Assembly (NCBI GenBank): GCA_963746615.1
Contig: CAVVBU010000017.1
Coordinates: 27,404-91,403, forward strand
Origin: an uncultured Solirubrobacterales bacterium
GTDB lineage: Bacteria; Actinomycetota; Thermoleophilia; Solirubrobacterales; 70-9
Reading direction: 5' to 3'
Length of the DNA stretch: 64,000 bases
Shown here: positions 36,155-46,519 of the stretch, one piece after another
Layout of the letters: each line of letters opens with the position of its first letter
Numbering within the stretch: position 1 is the stretch's first letter
Notes under the pieces: generated by a model
Database searches by the model: none
Told to the model about the DNA's origin: nothing
What the model saw: the letters and a program-made list of their open reading frames with translations, nothing else
Position numbers and translations under genes: made by a program

Positions 36155-37375
36155 CTAGCGGCGTGGATGGCGCGGGATCTCGTAGGCCCGCGCAGGGAGA
36201 TCGGCGGAGGAGGGCTCCCGCAGCACCAGCGATCCATCCCCCGCGACGCGACTGGCGCTGGCGCCGGTGCCGCCGCCCTGCTGGGTAACCGCGCCGTGCT
36301 TCGTCCAGCGGACCGCGACCGGCTTCAGCTTGGCCAGCAGCGGCATCCAGGTGGCCTTGGCGATCTCGCCCGTCTCGGTGAGGTGGTGGTCGCCCTGGAA
36401 GGCCTCCACCGCCGAGCGGGTCGTCTTTCCGTAGTAGCCCGTGATCGGGACGGCGTATCCGCCCCCGACCAGGTGTTGTTGGGCCCAGACGACCAGATCG
36501 CCCTGCGACCTGAGGCTGAGGTGGGGGTACTGGCTCGACGGCCGGTAGCCGGGCGGCGGGGTCACCTCCTTGCCGATCGCCTTCCAATCGCGCGGCGTGG
36601 TGTCCTGCCATGACCACCAGGAGACGCCGTTGAAACCGTGCGCCAGCGCCAGTCTTCGGAAGCGGATGATCTCCTTCGGCGTCGGGTTCAGATAGGTCTG
36701 GCCGAGCGGCATGATCGGGCGCTCGTATACGCGGTTGTAGCGGTACGTGTGCGCGTAGGCGGAATCGACGCTGACGCCGATCGCCTTCCAGTAGAGCTGG
36801 GGCAGGTTGAACTCGGCGCCACCGGGCCCGATCATCACCGAGTAGGGGAAGCCGGGGTGATAGTCGACGTAGGGGAATCCGGCGAGGCCGAGCGGGAACT
36901 TGGGCCCGATCGCGGCTCGCAGCTTGCTGATGTAGGTGGAGGCCTTCGCGTACCGCCCCTCGTACTCCGCCTCGGCGTCGATCACCAGGCACTGCGCCCC
37001 GCGCTTGACGGCGGCCGCCCCGACCTTGGCCTCGGCCTTGGGGTGCAAGCCGTAGACGTACTGCCAGGCGCAGACGCCCAGTCCCCGCGAGCGCAGCGCA
37101 TTGACCAGGCTCGCCGAGAACTGGCTCCAGGTGCCGCTGCCGTCGCCCGCCTTGATGTAGACGGTCTCGATCCCGCGCCGCTTGGCCTTCTGGGCGATCC
37201 GCTGGACGTCGCCGTGCGCAGCCTGGCTCACGTACCAGATCCACATCCCGTCGGTGGAGAAGGTGGCCGCGCTCGCGGCCGTGCGCGTCGGCTTCGGCGC
37301 CTGCGCGGCCACGGCGACGGGAGCCGCCAGGCAGAGCGAGGCGGCGAGGGCGATTAGAACGGATCGCCTCCGCAT
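36155..37375 (-). CDS. secreted protein: hydrolase-like domain plus C-terminal peptidoglycan-binding domain (PG_binding_1)
   Basis: From ATG at 37375: signal peptide MRRRSVLIALAASLCLAAPVAVAAQA. C-terminal GDLVVWAQQHLVGGGYAVPITGYYGKTTRSAVEAFQGDHHLTETGEIAKATW is a PG-binding repeat. The central domain resembles glycoside-hydrolase-like TIM proteins, but that assignment is tentative. Confidence 0.7.
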   Translation of the reverse strand: MRRRSVLIALAASLCLAAPVAVAAQAPKPTRTAASAATFSTDGMWIWYVSQAAHGDVQRIAQKAKRRGIETVYIKAGDGSGTWSQFSASLVNALRSRGLGVCAWQYVYGLHPKAEAKVGAAAVKRGAQCLVIDAEAEYEGRYAKASTYISKLRAAIGPKFPLGLAGFPYVDYHPGFPYSVMIGPGGAEFNLPQLYWKAIGVSVDSAYAHTYRYNRVYERPIMPLGQTYLNPTPKEIIRFRRLALAHGFNGVSWWSWQDTTPRDWKAIGKEVTPPPGYRPSSQYPHLSLRSQGDLVVWAQQHLVGGGYAVPITGYYGKTTRSAVEAFQGDHHLTETGEIAKATWMPLLAKLKPVAVRWTKHGAVTQQGGGTGASASRVAGDGSLVLREPSSADLPARAYEIPRHPRR

Positions 37376-37494
37376 GACTGCGAGGGTACGGATCCCCTTT
37401 CCGCGCCTCGCAACGGGTTGTGCAGGCCGAGTTGGGGGGATCAATGTGTGAACACCTCTTTAGGGAAAAGGGAGCGGCTGCCAGAATTGGATTC

Positions 37495-38202
37495 ATGTTC
37501 TCGACGGCGCCGAGAGCGGACCCGTGGCGCGACACAGACGTGATCGACGAGCGCGCAGCGCGCTTCAACCAGGGCATCACGGGCGCGGTCGCCCTGCTCG
37601 GCGCCCTCTTTGGCTGGCCGCTCGCCTGGGCCGTGATGGCGGCGCAGCTGCTCATCGGCCTCACTCTCGGCCGGCGCTTCTGCCTCCCATGTCTCGCCTT
37701 CTTCACACTGGTTCAACCGAGGCTCGGTGAGGGACCGGTCGAGGACTCGCGGCCGCCCCGGCTGGCCAACATGATGGGCGTGTGCTTCCTGGGCTCCGCG
37801 GCCGCCGCCTGGTGGCTCGGATCGCCAACGGTGGGGACCGCCATGGGCGGGCTGGTCGCGTTCCTGGCCCTGCTTTCAGCCTCGACCGGCTTCTGCGCCG
37901 GCTGCCAGGTCTATCGCCTCGGGGCGCGGCTGCGCGGCCTCTCCCCGGGAAGCCACGGCCGGATCGAACCGGCCGACCTTCCGGGGCTCGACGGCGCCGA
38001 TCTTACCCACGTCGAGTTCACGCACCCGCTCTGCTCGGAGTGCCTCGAGTGGGAGCGGAGGCTGGCGGATCGGCGCGAGCCGCTGATCCGCGTCGACGTC
38101 CGCGAGCGCCCCGATCTCGCCCGCAAGTACGGCGTCGCCGTGGTGCCGATGGTGGTGGCGATCGGCCCCGACGGCACCGTCCTCGAGCGCCTTGCGCCCT
38201 AG
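37495..38202 (+). CDS. DUF4395 membrane domain fused to thioredoxin-like domain
   Basis: From ATG at 37495: FNQGITGAVALLGALFGWP ... FCLPCLAFF ... FCAGCQVY (DUF4395-type), followed by HPLCSECLEWE..KYGVAVVPMVVAIGPDG (CxxC thioredoxin-like). Confidence 0.7.
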   Translation: MFSTAPRADPWRDTDVIDERAARFNQGITGAVALLGALFGWPLAWAVMAAQLLIGLTLGRRFCLPCLAFFTLVQPRLGEGPVEDSRPPRLANMMGVCFLGSAAAAWWLGSPTVGTAMGGLVAFLALLSASTGFCAGCQVYRLGARLRGLSPGSHGRIEPADLPGLDGADLTHVEFTHPLCSECLEWERRLADRREPLIRVDVRERPDLARKYGVAVVPMVVAIGPDGTVLERLAP

Positions 38203-38281
38203 CCGTTGCGACGACACCCGAGATCTCGATTATGCTGCCGACGCCATCCGGGTGGGGGCCGATCACGGGGAGGGACTGCAG

Positions 38282-40037
38282 ATGAGGAGAACCGTCGTGC
38301 TGGGCATCACGGTGATCGGCGGCGCGCTGGTATCCGGATCGGTCGCGGTCGCCGGCGACGGAACCTTTGCGAAGCCCGGGCCCGGTTCGCCTCTGGCGGC
38401 GGGGTCTGCGCGAGGCGGTCGCCGTCGCCGACTTCAACAACGACGGCAGGGACGACATCGCGGTCGCCAACTACTTCGACGCGAATGTGACGGTGCTGCT
38501 CGGCAAGGCGAACGGCGGGTTCTCGCCGGCGAGTGGGTCGCCCGTCGCAGCGCGCGCCGGCGCCTCTGCGCTCGCTGCGGGCGACTTCGACAACGACGGC
38601 AACCAGGACATGGCGGTGACCGCGACCGACGACGGCTCGCTGGTGATCCGGCTCGGCGACGGCACGGGCGGCTTCGAGACCCCGTTCGTCACCTTCGCCC
38701 TGCCGGGGGTGGGCGACCAGCCGTACTCGGTGGCGACCGCCGACTTCAACGGCGACGGCAACACCGACCTGGCGATGGCCAGCAACGGCGGCGGGGTGAC
38801 AGTGCGCCTCGGTGACGGCTCCGGCGGATTCTCGACCTCCGCGCCGGGCTCCCCCTACACGACCTCGACCGGCGGCTCGGGGGTGGCGACCGGGGACTTC
38901 AACGAGGACGGCATCGACGACCTGGTCGAGGCGACGGACCCCAGCAATGGTGCCGATCCGGGCCTGCTCTACGTCCTGCTCGGCAGCGGCGGAGGCGGCC
39001 TCGCCGCTGGGCCGGGCTCTCCCTTCCCGACCCTGCACGGGGCGAGGCGGGTCGCCCTCGGGGACTTCAACCGCGACGGCCACCTCGACGTCGCCGTGGC
39101 GGCGATCGGAGGCGGCGGCGCCCCCAGCGGCCTCCAGGTTCGACTCGGCGACGGGCAGGGCCGCTTCTCCACCCAGGCCCCCGCGATCGACGGCGGCGTG
39201 GCGAGTCCCTGGTACGTGGCCGTCGGCGAGTTCAAGACCGACGGCAACGAGGACCTGATCTCGGCCAACACGGACTCGGACGGCGCCGCTGTCAGCACCT
39301 TCCTCGGCAAGGGCAACGTGGGAGCGACGTTCAGGCGCGGGCCCGGGTCGCCGTTCACGCTGGGCGGCGACGGCCGCGGGGTTGCCCTGGGGGACTTCAA
39401 CAACGACGGCCGCGAGGACTTCGTCATGGTCGGCGGGGCCCACGGGATCTACGTCAAGCTGGGCGGCGGCAAGCCCGCGGACCCCGGCAACCTGCTCCGC
39501 AACGGCGGTGGCGAGGGCGCCAACGCTGCGCGGCTCTCGGCGCAGCATCCAGGAATCTCGATGTGGAGGACCGCGGGCGCCTTCACCCACGTCCGCTACG
39601 GCGCGCCGGGCGGCTTCCCCGGCGGCTTCGACGCCAACCGGATCGCGGGCCAGCACGCCTTCTTCTCGGGCGGCCCCGCCGCCTCGGACTCGAGTGCGAG
39701 GCAGAAGGTCAAGGTGCGGCCCCGCAAGGGAACCAGGGCTCGGCTCTCCGCTTACCTCGGCGGCTATCGAACGGATGGGGACGCGATGAGCGTCAAGGCG
39801 GACTTCCTCAACCGAAAGGGAAACCGGATCGGCGGCCTGACCATCGGCCCCGTGACCCCGGCCGACCGCCACCAGCTGACCACACTCCTGCCTCGGTCGG
39901 CCGCCGGGAAGCTTCCCAAGGCGACCCGCAGGATCGTCGTCACCCTGTCAGCCGATTACTTCGCCGGCGGCTACAACGACGCCTACGCCGACCGGGTCTC
40001 CCTCACCGTCAAGGCCAAGAAGAACAAGAAGAAGTGA
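38282..40037 (+). pseudogene. FG-GAP/VCBS repeat protein (secreted), N-terminal frameshift
   Basis: ATG at 38282 (GGGGAGGG upstream) gives signal MRRTVVLGITVIGGALVSGSVAVAG. After ..GSPLAAG the frame changes at a G-run near 38398-38405 into ORF 38367..40037, which carries about 7 repeats of the form ADFNNDGxxDxAVA...V.LG.G.G.F. Confidence 0.8.
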
Positions 40038-40044
40038 GGGCGGC

Positions 40045-41007
40045 CTAGACCGCGGCCGAGGCGCGGCGCTCGGCGACCTCGCGGGCGCTCTCGTCCGCGT
40101 GGTAGGAGCTGCGCACGAGCGGCCCGGAGGCGACGGACTCGAAGCCCAGCTCGTAGGCGGCCTGCTCCAGGGCGGCGAACTCGTCGGGGTGCCAGTAGCG
40201 GACCACGGGCAGGTGGTTCTCGGTCGGGCGCAGGTACTGGCCGACGGTGAGCACCTGGACGCCGTGGTCGCGGAGGATCGCGAAGGCCTCGACCATCTCC
40301 TCGAACTCCTCGCCCAGGCCGACCATCAGCCCCGACTTGGTGACCACCTCGTCGCCGCCCATCTCCTTGGCCATCCGCAGCACCCGCGCCGAGCGCATGA
40401 ACTCGGAGCCGCGGCGGGCGATCGGGTACAGCCGCGGCACGGTCTCGACGTTGTGGTTGAAGACGTCGGGCCGCTCGTGGACGACCTTGGCCAGCGGCAT
40501 CTCCTGGCCGCGGAAGTCGGGGGTCAGGACCTCGACCTTGCAGCCCGGCGCCATCCTGCGGATCGAGCGGATCACGCCGACGAAGGCGCCGGCGCCGTAG
40601 TCGGGCAGGTCGTCGCGGTCGACGGAGGTGATCACGGCGTGGCGCAGGCCCATGCGCTTGACCGAGTTGGCCACGCGCAGCGGCTCCAGCGGGTCGTTCC
40701 AGGTCGGCTTGCCCGTCTGCACGTTGCAGAAGCCGCAGCGGCGCGTGCAGACGTCGCCGAGGATCATGAAGGTCGCCGTGCCGCGTTCCCAGCACTCGCC
40801 GACGTTCGGGCAGTTGGCTTCCTGGCAGACCGTGTGCAGGTTCTGCTCATCGATCATCCCCCTCAGCTCGCGATACCCGGGGCCGCCCGGAGCGGGGACC
40901 TTGAGCCAGGGAGGCTTGCGCTCGCGGAAGCCGACCTTGCCTTCGGCATCGACCTGATGGCCTCCGGGCTTTGCCCGGGAGCGGGTGACGTGGAGGCGCT
41001 CGGTCAC
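40045..41007 (-). CDS. lipA: lipoyl synthase
   Basis: CQEANCPNVGECW and the radical-SAM motif CTRRCGFCNV, followed by SGLMVGLGE. Full length, 320 aa. Confidence 0.92.
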   Translation of the reverse strand: MTERLHVTRSRAKPGGHQVDAEGKVGFRERKPPWLKVPAPGGPGYRELRGMIDEQNLHTVCQEANCPNVGECWERGTATFMILGDVCTRRCGFCNVQTGKPTWNDPLEPLRVANSVKRMGLRHAVITSVDRDDLPDYGAGAFVGVIRSIRRMAPGCKVEVLTPDFRGQEMPLAKVVHERPDVFNHNVETVPRLYPIARRGSEFMRSARVLRMAKEMGGDEVVTKSGLMVGLGEEFEEMVEAFAILRDHGVQVLTVGQYLRPTENHLPVVRYWHPDEFAALEQAAYELGFESVASGPLVRSSYHADESAREVAERRASAAV

Positions 41008-41102
41008 GAATTCAAGGCTACCGGGGCTTGCGTCGCCGCCGGCGCGGGGTTAGCTTTGAGCGAGTCGCGGGCCGACGGCGGCCGGCGAGGGAGGAGGATT
41101 TC

Positions 41103-41634
41103 GTGGAGAAGCGAGAGAAGCGCCGGCTCGCGTCCGGCACGGCACTCGGCGTGATCGTCGATCGTAATAGCCCTTTGCGGCAGCGCCTACGCGTTCAAGC
41201 TGGGTAAGAACAGCGTCAAGTCGAAGCAGATCGCCCCCAACGCGGTCAAGGGGGTGGACGCGAAGGAGTCAAGCTTCGGCCAGGTCCCCAAGGCGGGCCA
41301 GGTGGACGGCCACGACGCCGTCTGCCCGGCGAACACCTTCCTCCACGGCGGTACCTGCTTCGCCACCACACCGTTCGCGGGCAGCGACTTCATCTTCGCG
41401 GCCCAGAACTGCGCCGACTCGGGCGGCTACCTGCCCTCGGTCTCCGAGCTGCTCTCGATCCGGGACGAGGCTGGAGTGGATCTCGGCAGCGGTGCGTCGG
41501 CCGAGTGGTCGGACTCACCGTCGCAGGAGGCCACGGTGAACTATTCGTACACCGTGAACGACAACGGGACGCTTAATCGCGTGGCCTTCGCCAGCGCCCG
41601 GCCCTCGCGCTGCGCCTTCCCCCTGGTGCGCTAG
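41103..41634 (+). pseudogene. membrane-anchored hypothetical protein, frameshift in TM anchor
   Basis: GTG at 41103 after GGGAGGAGGA: VEKREKRRLASGTALGVIV, then an indel near 41157-41163, continuing IVIALCGSAYAFKLGKNSVKSKQIAPNAVKGVDAKESSFGQVPKA... into ORF 41254..41634. The ectodomain contains Cys residues. No family recognised. Confidence 0.5.
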
Positions 41635-42413
41635 ACCGCTGCCGTCAGCCGATCGAGCTCGCCCAGGTGCGGCGCGAGCTCGGAGGAATCTAGGGGCGCC
41701 ACCCGGCGCCCGTAGATCGCCCCGAAGCGCTCCGCGACCACATAGGCGAGCTCGTCGAGGGGCAGCTCGGCGCCGCGCTCGCGGCAGACCGAGGTCATGC
41801 GGCAGCCGTCTATTCCGCAGGGGACGATCCAGTCGAAGGGCTGCAGGTCGTTGTTGACGTTGATCGCGAACCCATGTGTGGTGACGCCGCGGTTCACGTG
41901 CACGCCGATCGAGCCGATCTTTCGCACATCGCCGCGTGCGACCTCCTCCGCTTCGCGTCCGGGCGTGGCGCGGTCGCCGCCGAGACGAGTGATCGGTGCC
42001 CAGACGCCGGTGAGGCCGTCGATCGTGCCCGCGGAGATCCCGTAGGCACCGAGCGACTCGATCATCGCCCGCTCCATCCGCCTGATGAACTCGTGCACAT
42101 CGCCGCCCAGCGGCCTCAGGTCCATGATCGGGTAGCCGACCAGCTGCCCGGGGCCGTGGTAGGTGACTCGGCCGCCGCGGTCGGTGTCGCGGACTTCGAT
42201 GCCCTGCATCTGGTACCAGTCGGCTCCCATCGGCAGCTCGGCTGCCTCGGAGCGCCGGCCGCGAGTGTAGGTCGGCGGGTGCTCGAGCAGGAGCAGCAGG
42301 TCGGGAACCTCGTCCGCCTGTCGCGCGGCCTCGAGGCGCTTCTGCAGCTCGCGTGCGGGCTCGTAGGCCACCTGGCCCATGCGAACGCACCAGAGCTCGT
42401 CCATGCCCGACAT
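41631..42413 (-). CDS. lipB: lipoyl(octanoyl) transferase
   Basis: LLLLEHPPTYTRGRR ... RGGRVTYHGPGQLVGYPI ... RKIGSIGVHVNRGVTTHGFAINV are LipB hallmark motifs. Confidence 0.9.
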   Translation of the reverse strand: MSGMDELWCVRMGQVAYEPARELQKRLEAARQADEVPDLLLLLEHPPTYTRGRRSEAAELPMGADWYQMQGIEVRDTDRGGRVTYHGPGQLVGYPIMDLRPLGGDVHEFIRRMERAMIESLGAYGISAGTIDGLTGVWAPITRLGGDRATPGREAEEVARGDVRKIGSIGVHVNRGVTTHGFAINVNNDLQPFDWIVPCGIDGCRMTSVCRERGAELPLDELAYVVAERFGAIYGRRVAPLDSSELAPHLGELDRLTAAV

Positions 42414-42423
42414 TGTCCCAGCC

Positions 42424-42893
42424 TCAACGCTCGGCCCGGCGCCGGACGGCGCGCAGCATGCGGTTGACCACCATCACGTGTCCGCGCGTGCCGATCACCA
42501 GCGCCCGATAGACGCGGCCCTTCAGCCCCGGGAACTCCGCGCGGGTCTCGGCGCGCAACAGGGTCCGCTCGTCCTTGGTCTCCTCGAGCCGGAAGACCAG
42601 GCCGTAGCGCGAGAAGCGGTGCTGTCCCTCCAGCGCCAGCACGGCGGGCTCGACCACGCGGGCGACGACGAAGCCGGGCCGGGTCGAGCCGATGCGGTCG
42701 ATGGCCCCGCTGGCCTCGGTCTGCGCGCAGCCCAGCGCCCTGGCGATCCGGGGAGCAGCCCGCGCCGCGTGAAGGAGCGGTCGACGACCACCAGCAGCGC
42801 CTTCCAGACCTCGTCCACGGGCGCCAGCACCAGCGCGCCGTGCTCGTCGATCGCGGGGAGCCGCTCGAGCGGGAAGTCGATCACCCGCTCCAT
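42424..42893 (-). pseudogene. hypothetical protein (possibly SRPBCC-like), frameshifted
   Basis: ORF 42522..42893 (MERVIDFPLERLPAIDEHGALVLAPVDEVWKALLVVVDRSFTRRG) and ORF 42424..42657 (..VVEPAVLALEGQHRFSRYGLVFRLEETKDERTLLRAETRAEFPGLKGRVYRALVIG..) join via AAPRIARALGCAQTEASGAIDRIGSTRPGFVVARV after a shift near 42745-42775. Confidence 0.5.
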
Positions 42894-42900
42894 GGTTCTC

Positions 42901-44264
42901 TCAGAGAGCGAGCCCGATCGGCTCTTCGAGCAGTCCGCGCACCCGGGCCAGGAACTGCGCCCCGTCCGCTCCGTAGAGGATGCGGTGATCGCAGGCGAGG
43001 GTGACGCCCATCAGCTGACGGGGCTCGATCGCCCCGGAGTCGGTGACCGCCGGCTTGGGCTTGAGCTCCCCCACGGCGAGGATGCCGGCCTGCGGGGTGT
43101 TGATCACGGCCTGGAAGTTGGAGACCCCGTACATGCCCAGGTTGGAGACGGTGAAGGTGCCCCCGGAGAGCTCGGGAGGGGTGATCTGGCCGTCCCTGAC
43201 CCGTGAGGCAAGGGCCCTGGTCTCGGTCGAGATCTGGCGCAGGCCCTTGAGGTCGGCGTCGAACACCGTGGGCACCACCAGCGCGTCCTGAGCCGCAACG
43301 GCGACCCCGACGTTGACGCGCGAGTAGATCTCGATCCGCCCGTCGCGGTAGGCGCCATTCGCCCGCGGGAACTCCCGCAGCGCGATCGCGCAGGCCTTGA
43401 TCACCATGTCGTTGTAGGTCGGCACCGGATCGCCCTCGGCGGCCATCTCCTTGAGACGGCTTCTCCCCGCCACCGCCGCCGACATGTCGATCTCGGCCTG
43501 CAAGTAGAAGTGCGGCGCCGTCGCCTTCGACTCGGCCATGCGCCGGGCCACTGTCTGCTGGAGCTTGGTCAACTCCACGACCTGGGTCTGCCCCTTTGCC
43601 GTCTCGGGCTTCTCGGATGCACCTGGTGTCGGAGCCGCCGGCGCGGCGGCGACAGGAGCCGCCGGGGGCGCGGGAGCGACGGCCGGAGCGGGGCCGGGAG
43701 CCGCTGCGGTCGGCGGCGCAGCCTGTCCAGCCAGGGCCCGCTCCACGTCGGCCTTGACGATCCGCCCGCCCGGCCCCGACCCGGTCAGCGCATTGAGATC
43801 GACGCCGCGGTCCGTCGCGATCCGCCTGGCCACCGGAGAGGCCTTGACGCGTCCCCCATCGCTCGTGGTTCGAGGCTGGCTGGGGGGAGCCGCGGCCGGG
43901 GCCGAGGCGGCGGGGGCGGTTGTGGCCGTGGGAGCCGTGGCGCCGTCGCCACCGTTCGAGCCCTGTTCGCCGCTCGGCGGCGCGTGGCTCCGCAGGCCAC
44001 CGCCGCCACCGCCGCCCTCGCTCACTCCGAGGCTTCCCCGACCCGGGCAATCACCTCACCGATCGGCAGCGTCGCGCCCTCCTCCGCGAGGATCTCGGTG
44101 AGCGTCCCCGCGGCGTCGGACTCATAGACCATGTTCGCCTTGTCGGTCTCGATCTCGACCAGCTCGTCCCCGACCGCGACCTCGTCGCCGAGCGACTTCA
44201 GCCACTTCAGAACCGTCCCCTCCTCCATCGAGTCCGAAAGCCGCGGCATCACGATCTCGGTCAT
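42901..44264 (-). pseudogene. 2-oxoacid dehydrogenase E2 (dihydrolipoamide acyltransferase), split between lipoyl domain and linker
   Basis: ORF 44022..44264 is a lipoyl domain (VEIETDKANMVYES). ORF 42901..44025 holds the Ala/Pro linker, the PSBD (ASPVARRIATDRGVDLNALTGSGPGGRI) and the catalytic domain (DHRILYGADGAQFL). The two overlap as GTGA at 44022-44025. Confidence 0.85.
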
Positions 44265-45250
44265 CGGGAGCCCTCCAGGGTCGCGAGCGCCGCGCTGACG
44301 ACGTGCTCGGCGTGTGGCATGGCGGCCTGCTCGAGGCGTTTCGAGTAGGGCATGGGCACGTCCGCGCCGGTCACCCGCTGAACCGGGGCGTCGAGGTAGT
44401 CGAAGGCCTGTTCCTGGATCAGCGCGGCCAGGTTGGCGCCGACGCCGCCGTGCGGCCAGCCCTCCTCGACGATCACGGCCCGGTTGGTCTTTCGCACCGA
44501 CTCCAGGATGGTGTCGAGGTCGAGTGGCCGCAGCGTGCGCGGGTCGATCACCTCGGCCTCGACGTCGTGCTCGTGGGCCAGCGCCGTGGCCGCCCGCTCC
44601 GCCGTATCGGCCATCCGCAGGATGCCGATCAGGGTCACGTCGGTGCCCTCGCGCCGGATGGCGGCGTGGCCGAAGCCGAGCACGAGGTCTTCGTCATCAG
44701 GAACCTCGCCGCGGGCGCCGTAGAGGGTCTCGTGCTCGATGAAGATCACCGGGTTGTCGTCTCGGATCGCCGCTTTCAGCAGCCCCTTCGCGTCGGCGGG
44801 AGTGGACGGTGCCGCCACCAGGAGCCCGGGGATCTGCAGGAACATCGCCTCGAAGCTGTGTGAGTGGGTCGGACCGAGCTGATGCCCGCCGCCGCCGGGC
44901 ATGCGGACGACCATCGGCACGCGGACCTGGCCACCGAACATGTAGGGGATCGCCGCCGCGTGGTTGACGATCTGGTCCATCGCCAGCAGCGCGAAGTTGA
45001 CGGTCATGATCTCGACCACCGGTCGCAGGCCGCCCATCGCCGAGCCGACGCCCATGCCGACGATCGTGTTCTCGGAGATCGGCGTGTCGCGAACCCGCTT
45101 CTCGCCGAACTCGTCGAGCAGACCCTCGGTGACCTTGAACGACCCCTGGAAGACACCGACGTCCTCGCCCATGATGAAGACGTTCTCGTCGCGCTCCATC
45201 TCCTCGCGCAGAGCGGAGTTGATCGCCTCGCGCATGCGCATCGTCGCCAC
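44261..45250 (-). CDS. pdhB: 2-oxoacid dehydrogenase E1 component beta subunit
   Basis: MREAINSALREEMERDENVFIMGEDVG ... DTPISENTIVGMGVGSAMGGLRPVVEIM. 329 aa, intact. Whether the substrate is pyruvate or a branched-chain/acetoin 2-oxoacid cannot be decided from the sequence. Confidence 0.9.
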   Translation of the reverse strand: MATMRMREAINSALREEMERDENVFIMGEDVGVFQGSFKVTEGLLDEFGEKRVRDTPISENTIVGMGVGSAMGGLRPVVEIMTVNFALLAMDQIVNHAAAIPYMFGGQVRVPMVVRMPGGGGHQLGPTHSHSFEAMFLQIPGLLVAAPSTPADAKGLLKAAIRDDNPVIFIEHETLYGARGEVPDDEDLVLGFGHAAIRREGTDVTLIGILRMADTAERAATALAHEHDVEAEVIDPRTLRPLDLDTILESVRKTNRAVIVEEGWPHGGVGANLAALIQEQAFDYLDAPVQRVTGADVPMPYSKRLEQAAMPHAEHVVSAALATLEGSR

Positions 45251-45252
45251 CG

Positions 45253-46519
45253 TCAGCCCCCTTCCTCGTCGTCCTCCGCCTCGGCCAGCCGCTCACCGAC
45301 CCTGCGCGGCGCCTCGGGGCCGGCGTAGGCGGCGCCTCGCTCCGCCAGCTCGTGCGCGCGGTCGGGGGCGGCGCGCTCCTCCTCGCCCGGATGCGTGTCG
45401 GGGGAGCGCTCGTCGACCGCGTACCAGCCCGTGACCTGTTCGCCGACGACGTAGAGGTGGTCGTAGAGTGAGGCGAGCGGCGGCTCGGGGGAGGCGTCGG
45501 CGAACTCGGCCGCCTCGGTCACGATCCGGTCGGCCTCCTCGCGGATCGCGTCGACATCGGACTGCGAGAGGACACCCTCGGCGATCAGCCGCTTGGCGAA
45601 GGTCTCGATCGGGTCCTTCTCCTGCCACTCCTGCACTTCCTTCTTCTCGCGGTAGACCTCGGGGTCGGCGGCGGAGTGCCCGCGGTAGCGGTAGGTGAAG
45701 GCCTCGACCAGCGTCGGCTTGCGGTCCTCGCGCGCCATGCGGATGTGCTCCGCCACGGTCTCGCGAACGGCAAGCACATCCATGCCGTCGACCCGGACGC
45801 CCGGGACCCCGAACCCCTCGGCCTTGCGGGAGAGGTCGGTGACCGCGGAGTGCCGCTCGATCGAGGTGCCCATCCCATAGAGGTTGTTCTCGACCAGGAA
45901 GACCAGGGGGAGCTTCCAGAGCGCGGCGATGTTCATCGTCTCCCCGAAGTTGCCGGTGTTGGAGGCGCCGTCGCCGAACATGCAGACGGTCACCGAGTCA
46001 TCGCCCCGATAGTCGGAGGAGAGCGCCAGCCCCGCCGCCAGCGGCAGGTTGCCGCCGACGATCCCGTAGCCACCCATGAAGCGGCGCTCCCCGTCGAAGA
46101 TGTGCATCGAGCCCCCGCGGCCGCCCGAGGTCCCGTCGACCCTTCCGAACAGCTCCGCCATCACCCTCTTCGGATCGGTCCCCCTCGCCAACGCATGCCC
46201 GTGGGTGCGGTAGGTGCCGATCAGGTAGTCGTCGGGCCGCATCACCGAGGTGGTGCCGACGATGGTCGCCTCCTCGCCGATCGCCAGATGCAGGAACCCG
46301 CCGGCCTTGGCGCGCTGGTACTGGCGCCCGGCCTCCTCCTCGAAGCGGCGGATCAGCGCCATCGTGGAGAGCAGCACACGTGCAGGTCTTCTTGTCGGGC
46401 AGCTTCGGCGCTGGGCCGGAGCTGGAGCTGGCCCGGGCTCCATCGGCCGACGTCTTGCGCCCCGCCGCGCGCTTGCCGCTGGCCTTGGGCTTGGTGCGCT
46501 GGGCGGGCTTTTGAGCCAT
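45253..46519 (-). pseudogene. pdhA: 2-oxoacid dehydrogenase E1 component alpha subunit, N-terminal frameshift
   Basis: Body: MALIRRFEEEAGRQYQRAKAGGFLHLAIGEEA ... TPP motif GDGASNTGNFGETMNIAAL. The candidate start ATG at 46519 (MAQKPAQRTKPK...KLPDKKT) is in another frame, and the frames join near 46380-46392. The N-terminal extension itself is uncertain. Confidence 0.8.

Noticed and set aside
37376-37494. Possible c-di-AMP (ydaO-type) riboswitch upstream of the secreted PG-binding/hydrolase-like gene
   Set aside because: The region is only about 118 nt, is shared with a divergent gene, and lacks the conserved ydaO sequence blocks as far as I can judge by eye.
35061-37706. 881-aa ORF on the minus strand, the longest in this part of the track
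   Set aside because: Its composition is Arg/Pro/Gly-rich and motif-free. It is out of frame with three well-supported same-strand genes: the small TM protein, the rhomboid protease and the PG-binding protein.
38307-39872. 521-aa minus-strand ORF, together with 60564..62603(+) at 679 aa, 50890..52404(-) at 504 aa and 21923..23118(-)
   Set aside because: These are antisense to the FG-GAP gene, purH, thiG/thiO and the Pro/Glu-rich gene respectively. They have no recognisable domains and an Arg/Gly-dominated composition.
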